DNA of 64,000 nucleotides from Octopus vulgaris (lineage: Eukaryota): positions 91,202,001 through 91,266,000 of the forward strand of contig OX597824.1 of NCBI GenBank assembly GCA_951406725.2, read 5' to 3'. Both the position numbers and the translations under genes were made by a program. The notes beneath the pieces were generated by a model. That model made no database searches. It was not told the origin of the DNA and saw only the letters and a program-made list of their open reading frames with translations. Shown piece after piece: positions 25,670-40,851 of this stretch; within the stretch, counting starts at the first letter, position 1; every line of letters begins with the position of its first letter.

Positions 25670-26022
25670 GAAAATATATCTTGCGATATTTCTACCGGCT
25701 CATACATGCATAATGCTCGAGAAAAGGGTGAGAGGGCCATATCCGGGAAGTCTTATTTTTATGGCTAAGGAAGTGTGCTGAATCAAGGGTGCTGTCTGCC
25801 ATAAAAATTGCAGACAGCACCCGTGATTCAGTTTAAGGATTTCCGAGATTAATGGAAGAGAAAAGTAAACTTTAGACTGAAGATTCTGCAACAGGATAAA
25901 CTCCACTTAAGACCCTGAGGAGCTGGGCAATGGCGTTAACCCGAGAAACGGATTGTCTATCACTCAATAAGTGACGTGGTCCTTTGCCCGGATTTCATAC
26001 ATTTTGACATGTAGCCACATTT
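25670..26022 (+). repeat. Direct repeat copy 2 (contains a 22-bp-stem hairpin at 25778-25831)
   Basis: Aligns with 24361-24680 at an offset of ~1.31 kb before the hairpin insert. Confidence 0.85.
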
Positions 26023-26267
26023 ACCAGTCAAAGACGTAGTAGAAGGCAATTCTACTGTCCAAGGTGTGACAAGCGGTGGATGGAATTCGAACAAGTAACC
26101 ATGTGACTCTTAAGAATGAGCCTATCAACCGCAAACCCGCTCCGCCCTCAAAACAAGCCAAAAGCATAAACATTGGTGAGATACATCAGCTCAGTTAGAG
26201 TTGACTTCAAGATACCCAACAACAGCAACGACGACAACATCATCATCATCATGCAGCAGCAGCAAGT

Positions 26268-26632
26268 GGAGGCGCAATGGCCCAATAGTTAGGGCAGCAG
26301 ACTCGCGGTCGGAGGATCACGGTTTCGATTCCCAGACCGGGCATTGTGTGTGTTTATTGAGCGAAAACACCTGAGCTCCACGAGGCTCCAGCAGGGGGTG
26401 GTGGCGACCCCTGTTGTACTCTTTCGCTCCAACTTTCTCTCGCTCTTTCTTCCTGTTTCTTGTCCCCGACTTCCTACGCAACCGTTGAGCCTGGATGCGC
26501 ATTCATCCATCCGTCGACGCTCTCGGTGTCGGGGGTTGACCTGCTCTCTCTTCTGCGGGTCTTACGAATAGCAAAGGACCACGTGCCGGACTTCTCCCAT
26601 CTTGCGAGCTCTGGGACGAAGACCGTTCGCGC
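26268..26632 (+). mobile_element. SINE family A head with tail type 2
   Basis: Head shared with 9756 until ~26460, then an unrelated GC-rich tail ending in (CAG/CAA)n. Confidence 0.8.
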
Positions 26633-26806
26633 AACAGCAGCAGCAACAGCAACAACAGCAGCAGCGGCAGCAGTAGCGGCAGCAGTAGCAGCTGCAGCAA
26701 CTACAACAATAACAGCAAAACGGGAACATGAGTAACAACTCCAACGAAAACAATAACAACACCAACTACAACTAAACCAAGATTTCTGGCCTTGCGTCAA
26801 TGCTAA

Positions 26807-26807
26807 A

Positions 26808-26858
<51 letters not shown>

Positions 26859-27033
26859 CACTACCACCACCACCACTACTACTACTACTACTACCACCAC
26901 CACCACCACCACCACCACCACTACTACTACTACCACTACCACCACCACCACCACCACCACCACTACTACTACTACTACTACCACCACCACCACCACCACC
27001 ACCACCACTACTACTACTACTACTAATACTACT
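26807..27033. repeat. (TAC/CAC)n microsatellite
   Basis: Direct reading. Confidence 0.95.
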
Positions 27034-27645
27034 GTTGATGAGTTCCTGATTTATCGTTGAATATCGATCACGTTTTGAAAAAAAAAAAAAAAACAAAAAA
27101 CAAAATCTTTTATCGATCAAGAAGCGAGGAGGTTAAGATTTCCTTGCACAACAGTTATTTGTCGATAAGAAAAATGAAAGAAGCAAAACAAACATCACAA
27201 AAACCAAAAACAACACAAAAACAAAAACAAATAAAGAAAGAAACTTCAAAGAATCTTGGTTTGTTATATATTCATACGTCAACTCCTGTGGCCCGTTTGA
27301 CTGGTTTTATAATTCCAGTCTTGCGGCGGGGGAAATCGCTGTTCTATTTAACATCATCACTATTGTTAATTCACACGGTGAACCTTTGCCGAACGGCGCT
27401 GCACACAGATATATATATATATATATGGCTAATAAAGCGTTACCAACCATTCACCCCACCATGTCTGTCTGTCTGTCTGTCTGTCTCTGTCTGTGTCTCT
27501 CTTTCTCTCTCTTTGTGGCTCTCTTTCTTCTTTCGCTCTCCCTACACGCAATCACATACACGAACCCACCCACACATACACACATGTGAGAGTAAACACG
27601 AACAAGAAAAGAAGTACTCAATACCGACTGGTAAAGAATATTATA

Positions 27646-28053
27646 TACTCTTTTAACTCTTTTGCTTGTTTCAGTCATTAGACTGCGGCCATGCTGGAGC
27701 ACAGCCTTTAGTCGAGCAAATCGACCACCAGGACTTATTCTTTGTAAGCCTAGTACTTATTCTATCGGTCTCTTTTGTTTAACCGTTAATTTACGGGGAT
27801 GTAAACACACCAGCATCGGTTGTCAAGCGATGTTGGGGAGGGGACAAACACACATACATATACATACATATATATATATATACATATATACGACGGGCTT
27901 CTTTCAGTTTTCGTCTACCAAATCTACTCACAAGGCTTTGGTCGGCCCGAGGCTATAGTAGAAGACACTTGATCAAGGTGCCACACAATGGGACTGAACC
28001 CGGAACCATGTGGTTGGTAAGCAAGCTACTTACCACACAGCCACTCCTGCGCC
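27646..28053 (-). mobile_element. SINE family B, full length
   Basis: Reverse complement of the consensus; a further 3' half lies at 28128-28345. Confidence 0.9.
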
Positions 28054-28528
28054 TATATCTATATAATTTATATCGTTACCCCAGATTTCTCATGGCTAAT
28101 CCATAGACGATTATATATATACATAAATTCTTTTATTCTTTTATTTGTTTCAGTTATTTGACTGCGGCCACGCTGGAGCACTGCCTTTAGTCGAAGAAAT
28201 CGGCTCCAAGACTTATTCTTTGTAAGCCTAGCACTTATTCTATCGGGGATCTCTTGTCGAACAGCTAAGTTACGGGGACGTGAACACACCAACCGGCATC
28301 GGTTGTCAAGCGATGGTGGGGGAACAAACATAGACAGACAAATGCTTACATACATAGAAGGCAAGCTACCTTAATAAAGTGATAACAATGCAATTTGTTT
28401 TTAGTTTTGCAGTTATAAAGATGTCCGCCATTATGAACTTGGTAAAATCAAACAGACTCTGGAAACAATAGATGAGTATAGTGGCAGCTTCATCATTTTA
28501 TTGATGATTTTCAATCTCTAAATTAAAT

Positions 28529-29189
28529 GGAGGCGCAATACGAAGGCGCAATACGGCCCAGTGGTTAGGGCAGCCGATTTGCGGTCGTAGGATCGCGGTT
28601 TCGATTCCCAGACCGGGCATTGTGAGTGTTTATTGAGCGAAAACACCTAAACCACAACGAGGCTCTGGCACGAGGTGGTGGTGAACCCTGCTGTACTCTT
28701 TCACCACAACTTCCTCTCACTCTTTCTTCCTCTTTCTGTTGTTCCTGTAATTCAAAGGGGTCAGTCTTGTCACACTCTGTGTCATGCTGAATCTTCCTGA
28801 GAACTACTTTAAAGGTACACGTGTCTGTGGAGTATTCAGCCACTCGCACGTTAATAAATTCTTTCTTCATGTTTCTGTTGTACCTGTATTTCAAAGGGCC
28901 AGCCTTGTCACACTCTGTGTCAGGCTGAATCTCTCTGAGAACTGCATTAACGGTACACGTGTCTGTGGAGTATTCAGCCACTTGCACGTTAATAAATGAG
29001 CTGCGACGTCACAGGTGCCAAGCTGTATCGGCCTTTGCCTTTCCCTTGGATAACATCGGTGGCGTGGAGAAGGGAGGGTGGTATGCGTGGGCGACTTCTG
29101 GTCTTCCATAAACAACCTTGCCCAGACTTGTGCATCGGAAGGTAACTTTCTAGGTGCAATCCCATGGTCATTCATGATCGAAGGGGGTC
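28529..29189 (+). mobile_element. SINE family A head, duplicated tail-1 segment, then tail type 3
   Basis: Head as at 9756; internal duplication 28737-28858 / 28873-28996; unrelated 3' part 28998-29189. Confidence 0.8.
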
Positions 29190-29190
29190 A

Positions 29191-29420
29191 CAACAATATT
29201 GAAAGAAGGCATTGGAATACTGACATTGCTCTACCTATCCTGGTTTTCACTCCAGCTTCTGTATCATTCTCGTTGGAAATACAGTATCCGAGACAAGTAG
29301 ACTTATCGACGTACTTGATTTCACCTTGCCCGAGGGTGACAAGTTGTGCTTGGCTGCAACCAGGTGACAAGGCCTTGGGTTTTCTAGCGTTAACCTGCAA
29401 CCCTGCTTTCACTCCCAAAC
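29191..29420 (-). mobile_element. RTE-like LINE reverse transcriptase fragment
   Basis: KAGLQVNARKPKAL..EIKYVDKSTCLGYCISNENDTEAGVKTRIGRAMSVF resembles the RTE thumb region (GLxINxxKTK..F.YLGS..EVxxRIxKA). Confidence 0.7.
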
Positions 29421-29577
29421 TATATATATTTATACATACATATATATATGTGTGTATGTTTGTGATATATATGTATGTGTATGTGTGAGTTTGTGTGTGT
29501 TTTATATATGTTTGTGCGACTGTGTGTGTATGCGTACATACATACAGTGATAAAGAGAGAGAGAGAGAGAGAGAGGA

Positions 29578-29608
<31 letters not shown>

Positions 29609-30221
29609 CAGAGAGAGAGAGAGAGGTGGGATGCGCAGAGAAATAGAGGGCAAGCTACCTTAATAAAGTGATAACAATGCAATTTGTTTTTAGTTTTGCA
29701 GTGATAAAGATGTCCGCCATTATGAACTCGGGGAAATCAAACAGACTCTGGAAACAATGTCTATTGTTATAAAATATCAATTTGTTACATACTTGTTCGA
29801 TAAATCGATTAAATCTCGAGAGGAAAATAATATGTATTGCAAAATACGCAAACTGTTTTGCTACAAGCTCAGCTCCTCACACGTGATTGTGTAAACCAGA
29901 TTAATACTGGTTTAGTCCAAATGGGATAATTTATTTTGTCCTCGTAAAATATTATATAATTCATTACGTTATGCTATATATATATATGGTAATATTATAC
30001 TACCTATGAATATGTATATTTGTACGTGTATATATGTAGGTAAGTAAGTATGTGTATATAAAGGTGTATATATGTGTATACATATGTATATATGCACACA
30101 TATATGTATATACACACACATATATATGCATATATGTACACACACGCGCGTATAAATTGACAGAGTTAGATAAAAAAAATCCAAGGTTGTGAATAGTTTT
30201 CAGAACATTTATAGAGAAAAG

Positions 30222-30269
30222 GTCTTACAGCTGTTTCGGAGCTATTTTATATATCCCTTCATCTGAGAC
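30222..30269 (-). ncRNA. Minimal type-I hammerhead ribozyme motif (Penelope-type), U4A variant
   Basis: Minus strand: GTCT-CAGATGA-AG-GGA..TCC-GAAA-CAGCTG-TA-AGAC; helix I GTCT/AGAC, palindromic ACAGCTGT, GUA site. Confidence 0.65.
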
Positions 30270-30412
30270 GGTGCGAGAAAATGTTTGAGTATTTATTATC
30301 GAACCTGGAGTTTAACTGTAGTCTGTCCATAGCACTTGCTTAGAATTACCCGACGCCTCTTGGGTCTTCTTGACACCAATAGCTCTCACACCCTTGATTA
30401 TATATATATATA

Positions 30413-31340
30413 CTAGCAGCATAGCCCGGCGTTGCCCGGGTATGTAAGATCCCCTAGTAGGCAACGACTAATCCCAATCTAGTCCTTTCCCTTTAGGGAA
30501 GGAAGGCGCATGTGTAGGTTGCAATGTCTTCTCTTCACTCGAATACTTCTGTGTATACGATGTTCCTAGCTGTCCCTTTGGGCGAAAACATGAAAACATC
30601 ATTGCGCCTCCCAACTCGTGAACAGCCCACGTAGAGTTGACCGTGGGCGAAGCACTGTTCGCCCAACTGTAACCCAGCGACTTGTAGCGTTTGGCTTTGG
30701 GATTTATTGATGGACATTGCGAAGCAGAGTTTAACAGGAAACTGAGAACGCCTGAAGTGGATTTGTAGGTCAGCGCCCGACGGTTGAAGGTGCATGCGTG
30801 GAATGAAGACGTCCTCTCCCTTCCCACAACCGGTAAGTATTGTGGCCGTTATTAAATGTGGTGGCAAATGTTTCACAACCAGACGTGTGCCGTTGTACTG
30901 TTTAGGTGGAACCAAATTCCTGCTGAGCATAATGGGCGCGCCGACTTTTAACTTCAGGATGTGTGGCGGCAGGTCTGGCGGTTCAAGTGAATTCAGGAAT
31001 TCAACAGGATAATCGGAAAGCTCGGCGGGGTCTGCTGTCCTATTAATAGATTTGTAGACGTGGACATCACCAGGAATAGCTTCAAGTAGCTGGATATTGA
31101 TGGAGTTGAGTTAAAAAGGTCGAGTTGCGTCCCCTAGACAGTCTGTGGTTTGTGTTTCTGATTCTCTACCCCATGTAGAATTTATCGATTTTTTTCAGAA
31201 CTGGGGGAACTTTTCAAAATTTTCGCTGCGTTAGTTTTGAATTATGACATTGGGCTATGTGTGTGTCAAGTTTCATCAGAATCGGTTGAAAGCCGTGGTC
31301 AGGGTGAGGGTACAACCTGACAGACACACAGACACACAAA
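30413..31340 (-). mobile_element. Helitron deletion derivative carrying a helicase fragment
   Basis: Minus-strand 3' end CCCGGGCAACGCCGGG hairpin then CTAG|T; internal PIF1-like helicase coding; GACA/CA microsatellite near the 5' side. Confidence 0.85.
30535..31110 (-). pseudogene. Helitron RepHel C-terminal PIF1-like helicase fragment (191 open codons, N-terminus missing)
   Basis: YPVEFLNSLEPPDLPPHILKLKVGAPIMLSRNL..NGTRL..QFPVKLCFAMSINKSQSQT..HGQLYVGCSRV..NIVYTEVF (helicase motifs V and VI); frame open from 31110. Confidence 0.92.
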
Positions 31341-31860
<520 letters not shown>

Positions 31861-32270
31861 GAAGACATGACACGATGTAGGTAAAGAAATTTGAGAAATT
31901 TGGTAAGTTTACACGAAACCGGTTATTTCTCCAAAAACTACGTTACTATACACAACATTTTCTAACATTTTTCTAACATAACGACTTAAATATATTCTTT
32001 AACCTCATAAAACAAGCCTTGTGTAGTTTTTTCACTCTTTTCTATTTTTTATACATCCAACCACGTGCTTTCACGCACCAACTTTCTCACCTATATATAT
32101 ATATATATATATGTATAAAATTTCAACTTTCTGTAAATTTCAACTATATACATGCATACATACATACATACATACATACATACATACATACATACATGGA
32201 TGCATGCATGCATACATATATACACACACACAGACACACACACACACAGATACACAGACACACAGACACA

Positions 32271-32309
<39 letters not shown>

Positions 32310-33015
32310 ACACATACACACACACACATATATATATAGAGATAGATATAAAATAGGTTATATTTAACGTTATTTCTCCATACATTTCACCGCACACAAA
32401 CACATATACACAAACTTTTTAATAGCCAACAGCAGACAAACCTCACGAAAGATGTGAAGAGTTAAAACACATAAACCGCACATGCGCAATGATATTCGAT
32501 CATTATCTGTTTGTATTAAACCGCCATCATGTTAATGGAACCGCTTCAGGCTTTTAATAGAAACATTTCCAAGCATTTAGTAACAAGAAAAAACGGTTTC
32601 GACAAATATACCGGAGAATAAAGTATTACATAGTGTCGTTCTATTTTCTCTTTCAATTTTGGTCTCTGTTGTGTGTGTGTGTGTGTGTCTCTCTCACTCT
32701 TTCTTTCTCTCTCTCTCTTTCTCCTTCTCTCTTTCTCCCTCTCTCTGTCCCTTTCACTCACTACACACACACATAAACATACATACATACGTACAGACAC
32801 ACACACAAACAGACATACATAAATACACACGTGCACGCACAAGCGTATATATATATGTGCAAGTATTTTACATACACGTGTACACATATATATATACATA
32901 TATATATTTATACATGCATATATATACATATATATATGTATAAATATATACATGTACATGCACATACACATACATGTATATAGAAGCGGGTATATATAAA
33001 TATACACATACAAAA

Positions 33016-33048
<33 letters not shown>

Positions 33049-33092
33049 GGCGACGAGCTGATAGAATCGCTAGCACGCCGGACAAAATGGTG

Positions 33093-33154
<62 letters not shown>

Positions 33155-33196
33155 CATCTATCTATCTATCCATCTGCATTTATATATATATATATA

Positions 33197-33831
33197 CTAG
33201 CAGTATCGCCCGGCGTTGCTCGGGTTTGTAAGGGAAATAACTATATAAGCATTTTTAGAGAGTTATAGCCAAAAAATAGCAAAAAATGCATTAAAAATGG
33301 AAAAAATATGATGGTAAATTTTTTGAAAAATCGTTGACTCATCGTAGACATTTTTAGAGAGTTACTTCCCTTATATAATAGCGAAAAATGCATTAAAATG
33401 GGAAAAAAACGATGGTAAATTTTTTTTAAATCGTAGACTCATGTAGACGCTTTCTTAGCCATTTCTGTTTTGGTGTCTTCAAGCCATGAAGTCGTTGTTC
33501 TAAAAGAACGCTGGTCTCCTTGACAACGCATTACGACGTTGATTTCCTTACACTCCCTTCCCCACAGGTGCAGGTGTGAGCGTGGACGCCAACTCCGCCG
33601 CCATCGACACACGAAAAATTATGCATTAAAATGGAATAAAAAATGATGTTAAATTATTTTAAAAATCGTAGACTCATCGTAGACGCGCGCTAATACTCAG
33701 ACAGGCTCGATATGAATCACGACTATAAGCTACCCGAATTTGGTTAAACTGCACCGCAAAATGTGGGAGTAGTTAGGAATCTAAATCGAAGGGGACAGAC
33801 ACTCTCACAACTACAGTTTTATATATATAGA
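33197..33831 (-). mobile_element. Non-autonomous Helitron, complete
   Basis: Minus strand: A|TCTATATATATAAAAC...CCCGAGCAACGCCGGG hairpin..CTAG|T; inserted at AT with no TSD; internal ~100-bp subrepeats. Confidence 0.88.
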
Positions 33832-33844
33832 TATACATAGCGCA

Positions 33845-34282
33845 GTAGTGGTGAGATGTGACAGCAAAGAAAAGCATACATTCACTCACTGCATGCAATT
33901 AGACTCGGAAAGTTCGTGAGGAACCCATTGACCCAATTTGCTGACTTTTCCGATAGCACACAGGTCTCAATGAATGGTTGAATGACCAAATCCAAGCTTC
34001 TCTGCTAGTTCCTCAACAGTTACGATGAGATTTTGTTCCACCAGGGTTTTCAGGATGTCCTTGTCGAGTTCTACAGATCTTTCAGGATGAGGCTCGTCTT
34101 CTAGGCTGTTCCAATATAGCTTTGAAAAAAATAGCTGTTAAAATCGAAATGCACTCTTCAAAACTTGCACTATGAATAAGGACAAGATAAAATTACTACC
34201 TGCTTTTATAGCAAGTTAATATAAGTAGTTTATCCCATTCCCCTCTGACTTTTAGTTCAAGCTGTTGAAAAAACCGCATTAT
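33845..34282 (-). mobile_element. mariner transposase 5' remnant
   Basis: LCAIGKVSKLGQWVPHELSES contains the mariner WVPHEL motif. Confidence 0.8.
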
Positions 34283-34637
34283 ATATATATATACATACAT
34301 ACATACATACATATACACACACACTCTCTCTCTCACACACATGCACACATTTATATTCTGTTATTCTTTTATATGTTTCAGCCTTGAGGTTGTGGCCATG
34401 CTAGATCATGTGTGTGTGTGTGTGTGTCTATCTGTCTGTCTGTCTGTATGTATATATGTATATGTATGTGTGTGAACAATAATATTTTCAACAGATGTGT
34501 TGCAAATGTATCTGATTGTTCTCAAGCTTCAATACTGTGTGTATGTGTGTGTGTATGTATGTATGTATATGTATGTATGTATATGTATGTATGTATGTAT
34601 GTGTGTATGTATGTATGTGTGTGTGTATGTATGTATG

Positions 34638-34676
<39 letters not shown>

Positions 34677-34892
34677 ATGTATGTATGTATGAGTGTATGT
34701 TTACTTTATTACTAACACAAGCCATTTAATGTAAAGTCTTCCTCAAATCACTATCTCTGGCTATTTACTCTCTTCCAAGAACATTTTCACTCACACTTAT
34801 GTGTTAGCTTCCCATACATTTTACTCATGTACCTATCAGCGTGATAGAGAGAAACAAATATTACATCTAGTTTCACTTTATTCGTTGCCCAC

Positions 34893-35135
34893 TGTGTGTG
34901 TGCGTTTGCGTGTGGTGTAAACCAGACTAAGAAAAGCATTTGACACACACACCAGAATGTGAGTTTTCTGTAAATTTTGCTTAATTGGAGTTTAAATTTT
35001 AAAAACTGGACCTGGCATGACGCGATGCATTGTACTCTTAAAATTGCTAGGTAAATTGTAATTGAAGAAATCCTATATTGTAGATTTGTATAACTCCCAA
35101 AGGGAGGCAGATAAAATCTGCCTTTTATAATAAGA
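34893..35135 (-). mobile_element. Partial tandem copy of the Helitron 5' end
   Basis: Identical by eye to ~36264-36506; joined directly to the CTAG end of 35136-36506. Confidence 0.85.
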
Positions 35136-36626
<1,491 letters not shown>

Positions 36627-37453
36627 TGAGTGCGTGTGATTATTGTTTGTTTTCAGTTCAACCGTGGCTGACGAAGTGAATGGTAAATACCTACTTCACG
36701 ATATGCAGTGGATATGTCATTTCTTTTCACTTGCCGTACATTCTTTCCGTTTGCTTAAATTACGTAGGCGTAAGGTCATAGCACCGACTGCTTGTTGAGT
36801 ATTTGTGCACTTACAGTAATCAAATATCCCATTTAGACGAACTAAGAATGAACTACATCTCTCACCTACGCATGTGCGCTGTGTGATTGTGTACCAACAC
36901 ATCCGTAGATACATACATACATACATACATACATACATACATACATAAATATATATGTATGTATGTATGTATATATATATATACATGCATATACATGCAT
37001 ATATATTACATATATACACACACATATACATATATATATAGAAATATACATACCAACATATATATATAAATATGTATATATATGTGTATATATATATATG
37101 TATATATACATGTGTGTATATATGTATACACACACATACACACACACATATATATAGATGGTGGCCAGGTGCATGACGGCAGTCACGTGACTTAGAAACA
37201 GTGCTTCGATGTAAAGTGATGAGTCAAACGGTATGTCTACTTCCCTGTTTGCTGAAGACATTTAGTCAGTTACCAACGGCAGCAACTTCGTTAAATATGC
37301 GCCATGTTTGTAATGTGTGTGTATATATTTAAGTGAGTCGGTTTGCCGGCTGTTCTAGGTGAGCATTCCTACATGAGTATGTATGCGTGTTTGTGTGTGT
37401 GTGTGTGTTTCTGTATGCAGGTTGTTCCACCGCAGTGAGTATGTATGAATGTT

Positions 37454-37860
37454 AGGCGCAGGAGTGGCTGTATGGTAAGTAGCTTGTTTACAAACCACAT
37501 GGTTCTGGGTTCAGTCCCACTGCGTGGCACCTTGGGCAAGTGTCTTCTACTATAGCCTCGGGCCGACCAAAGCCTTGTGAGTGGATTTGGTAGACGGAAA
37601 CTGAAAGAAGCCCGTCGTATATATGTATATATATATGCGTGTGTGTTTGTGTGTCTGTGTTTGCCCCCCTAGCATTGCTTGACAACCGATGCTGGTGTGA
37701 TTATGTCCCTGTTACTTAGCGGTTCGGCAAAAGAGACCGATAAAATAAGTACTGGGCTTACAAAAGAATAAGTCCCGGGTCGAGTTGCTCGATTAAAGGC
37801 GGTGCTCCAGCATGGCCGCAGTCAAATGACTGAAACAAGTAAAAGAGTAAAAGAGTAAAA
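37454..37860 (+). mobile_element. SINE family B, full length
   Basis: Matches 12678-13083. Confidence 0.9.
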
Positions 37861-37861
37861 G

Positions 37862-37965
<104 letters not shown>

Positions 37966-37973
37966 TACACATG

Positions 37974-39160
37974 CAGGGTCGGGAAGCAAAACTTGAAAAA
38001 TAATAGATAATTCACCAAATTGTTTATATTACAACAAATAGCAACCTGGCATAAATATAATTTTAACACAAGTTTATAGGGGTGTAAAGAGACAATTCAT
38101 TCAATATGTCTGCCTTCATTGTCCACCACAGCTTTCACACACCGGCTGGAGGCGTCAAAACTCTTCATGATGAAATACTCAGACATGTTGTCCCACCCTT
38201 CCCTTGGAATTTGTTTAAAATGATCAAGGCTTGGATGCGAAGTTCTGTTGGTAGAGTGCTCCTCCAATTTGCCCCATACGGCATAATCCAGGGAGTTCAA
38301 GTCTGGACTGGAAGAAAGCTAGAAGTTGGAAGGTCAAAAGCCGGTGAAGTTGTCATCGCCGAATTTCTTCACTTTCTTCGCTGTATGAGCAAGAGAACCA
38401 TCTTGGATCCACAAATAATTACCGTTCGGTTAGTTAGACTTCAGCCAAGGCAAAATCTTATACCGCAGGACTTTATAATAAACGTCAGCCCCCACCTTTT
38501 CCTTAGACTTGATAAAATGCAAAAGCGTCTTTTTTTCCGTCAGACTCCCAGTATCATGACTTGAGCTGGGGGCTTGGTCCCAAAAGCCCTTTACTTCAAA
38601 AGGTGACTTAGCAATGTATCAATCATGACGAGGATTTAAAACAGCATCAACAGTAAAAATATTTTCATCTTAAAAGATTTTGACGGTTTGTCTATTGCGT
38701 TTCAGGTATCGTAACACTTTTTTGCCCTTTCATGCCATTTGGCTTTCATTGCACGAGCCAATAGGTGTCTCTGGGTCCTCACGTAAGATCCCAAATGTAA
38801 ATCAGTGTGTACAGCATTTCTGATGGTCTTTGGATCAACTTTCTTGTCCATGGTCAGTTTTCTCATGGATGTTGTTGGGTCTGTCAAAATTTAGGCTTTG
38901 AGAGATTTAAGAAATGCATTATCTCGTTTTTTATTCATGTTTTATTTACTTTCTTGCTTTCTCTTGATGCCTCCTGTATCCAGCATTCGCTTCTTAACAT
39001 TGTAGACAGTGCTCACAGAGGCCCCAACATTCTGAGCAATACGTCTAATTGCAACCCCGGCACGAAGCAAATCTGCAATGCGTTGTATCTTGGCTTCTTA
39101 AGCAGTCAGATAGTATGACTGGAATTTCTGCTTAGATTAACTCTATATACCTCCACCCTG
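37974..39160 (-). mobile_element. Tc1/mariner DD37D (maT-like) transposon, decayed
   Basis: YLWIQDGSLAHT...SPDLNSLDYAVWG with 37 codons between the two Asp; in-frame stops; HTH-like DPTTSMRKL..KTIRNAVHTDL; CAGGG-type terminus near 37974. The 39160 boundary is uncertain. Confidence 0.85.
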
Positions 39161-39849
39161 AAATAGAAAACACAGGTATGTAATACCTTGACATATCCGG
39201 CAGCCACTAATCACGTGAGTGATGTCTTCCACAGAAATATGGCATAATCAACATTTACGGTTACCTATTGGAACCCCAAGGGTTTCGGTTCTCTTTTGTT
39301 GATTGGCTATTTAACAGCAATGACCTGTTCTTGGATTGCCACTGCATAACCTTCGAAGCTGTGATGTGGTCTAGCGGTCACGAGCCCAAAAGTGGCTTCA
39401 CTTAAGTGTTACAGTCAATGTTACTATCTTCTTCAAGTCTACAAGAACCACACCCATGCATGGTCTTTTTGTGGGTGCGCGGTGTGTGTGTGGGAGTCTG
39501 CTGAGCGTTTCACTTCCAGGTCTTCTTCGAGGTATGCTAGTCCAGCTGATATGGGGTTGTATGGGAGGTCATCAGGAAGAGAGTACTTCCTGAGGAACTC
39601 ACTTCCAACAAGTAGGATATTGTTTTCTTCACTTTCCAGCACATGTATGCATGTATGTATGTATGTATGTATGTATGTATGTATGTATGTATGTATGTAT
39701 GTATGTATGTATGTATGCAGTGGCGGGCTGGGTCTAACAATATTGGTTGCCAGGAGACTTAAGGGAACCCACCCGCAACTACAAGGGGGCCCACTCACAA
39801 CTCCAATGCTATTTATTTTCCCTGCTGTTATTTAGCAAGTACTGTCTAA

Positions 39850-40335
39850 GAGAGACCCTGCGGCATTCGGAGGCTGCCTGCATAAATCTCGAATCTCTAC
39901 CTCCGTTGTCTCTTCTTAGGTAAACTCTGTCGATATCACCACTTCTGCGGAAATTTCCCGTTGATGTTAGAATCTTGCGGGTTTTGATGTCTATGGAGTG
40001 GATTTCTTATACAGACCAGTCAAGTATTCCAAATGTTGGAAATAGCACCTAACACTGCAAATGCATTGTGGGACATTTTCTTGTTGAAAGAGGAGAGTTC
40101 GGACTGCCATATTTCTTAGTCTTGTGTAATATTCTTGGGACTCTCCATCTTTATTCACATATTTTCATCAATGCCAAAGTACTTGCAGCATCCCCGTTCA
40201 GCAATTAAATAAGAACATTTATTCTTGCCAAATTCCATTTCTATGTCAGCTGAAATGTTCTTATTAATTCCAGTTGCTTTTTTGGCATTGTTAACATTTT
40301 TAGCATCAATCTTAAGATCATCCACAAAGATGGAT
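39850..40335 (-). mobile_element. R4/Dong-like LINE reverse transcriptase remnant
   Basis: FVDDLK..ISADIEMEFGKNKCS..KYFGI then KIWQSELSSFNK..HNAFAV. Confidence 0.7.
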
Positions 40336-40394
40336 GTATGTGCGTACATATGTACTTATGTACGAACGTAAGTACAAGTGTGTGTGTATGTATG

Positions 40395-40436
<42 letters not shown>

Positions 40437-40465
40437 GGTATGTACATATATGTATGTATATATAC

Positions 40466-40816
40466 ATTTCTTTTATTTGTTTCAGTCATTTGACTGCGGC
40501 CATGCTGGAGCACCGCCTTTAGTCGAGCAAATCGGCCCCAGGACTTATTCTTTGTAAGCCTAGTACTTATTCTATCAGTCTCCCTTGCCGAACCGCTAAG
40601 TGACAGGGACGTAAACACACCAGCATCGGTTGTCAAGCGATGTTGGGGGGACAAACATAGTCACACAAACATATACATACAAACACACATACATACTCCC
40701 CACCACACACACACACACCACACACTCCACACCACACACACACTCCACACCACACACACACTCCACACCACACACACACTCCACACCACACACACATACA
40801 CACTCCCCCACCACAA

Positions 40817-40851
<35 letters not shown>

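Noticed and set aside
30535-31110. Host PIF1 gene
   Set aside because: An intronless fragment bounded by a Helitron 3' hairpin and CTAG; it is transposon-derived.
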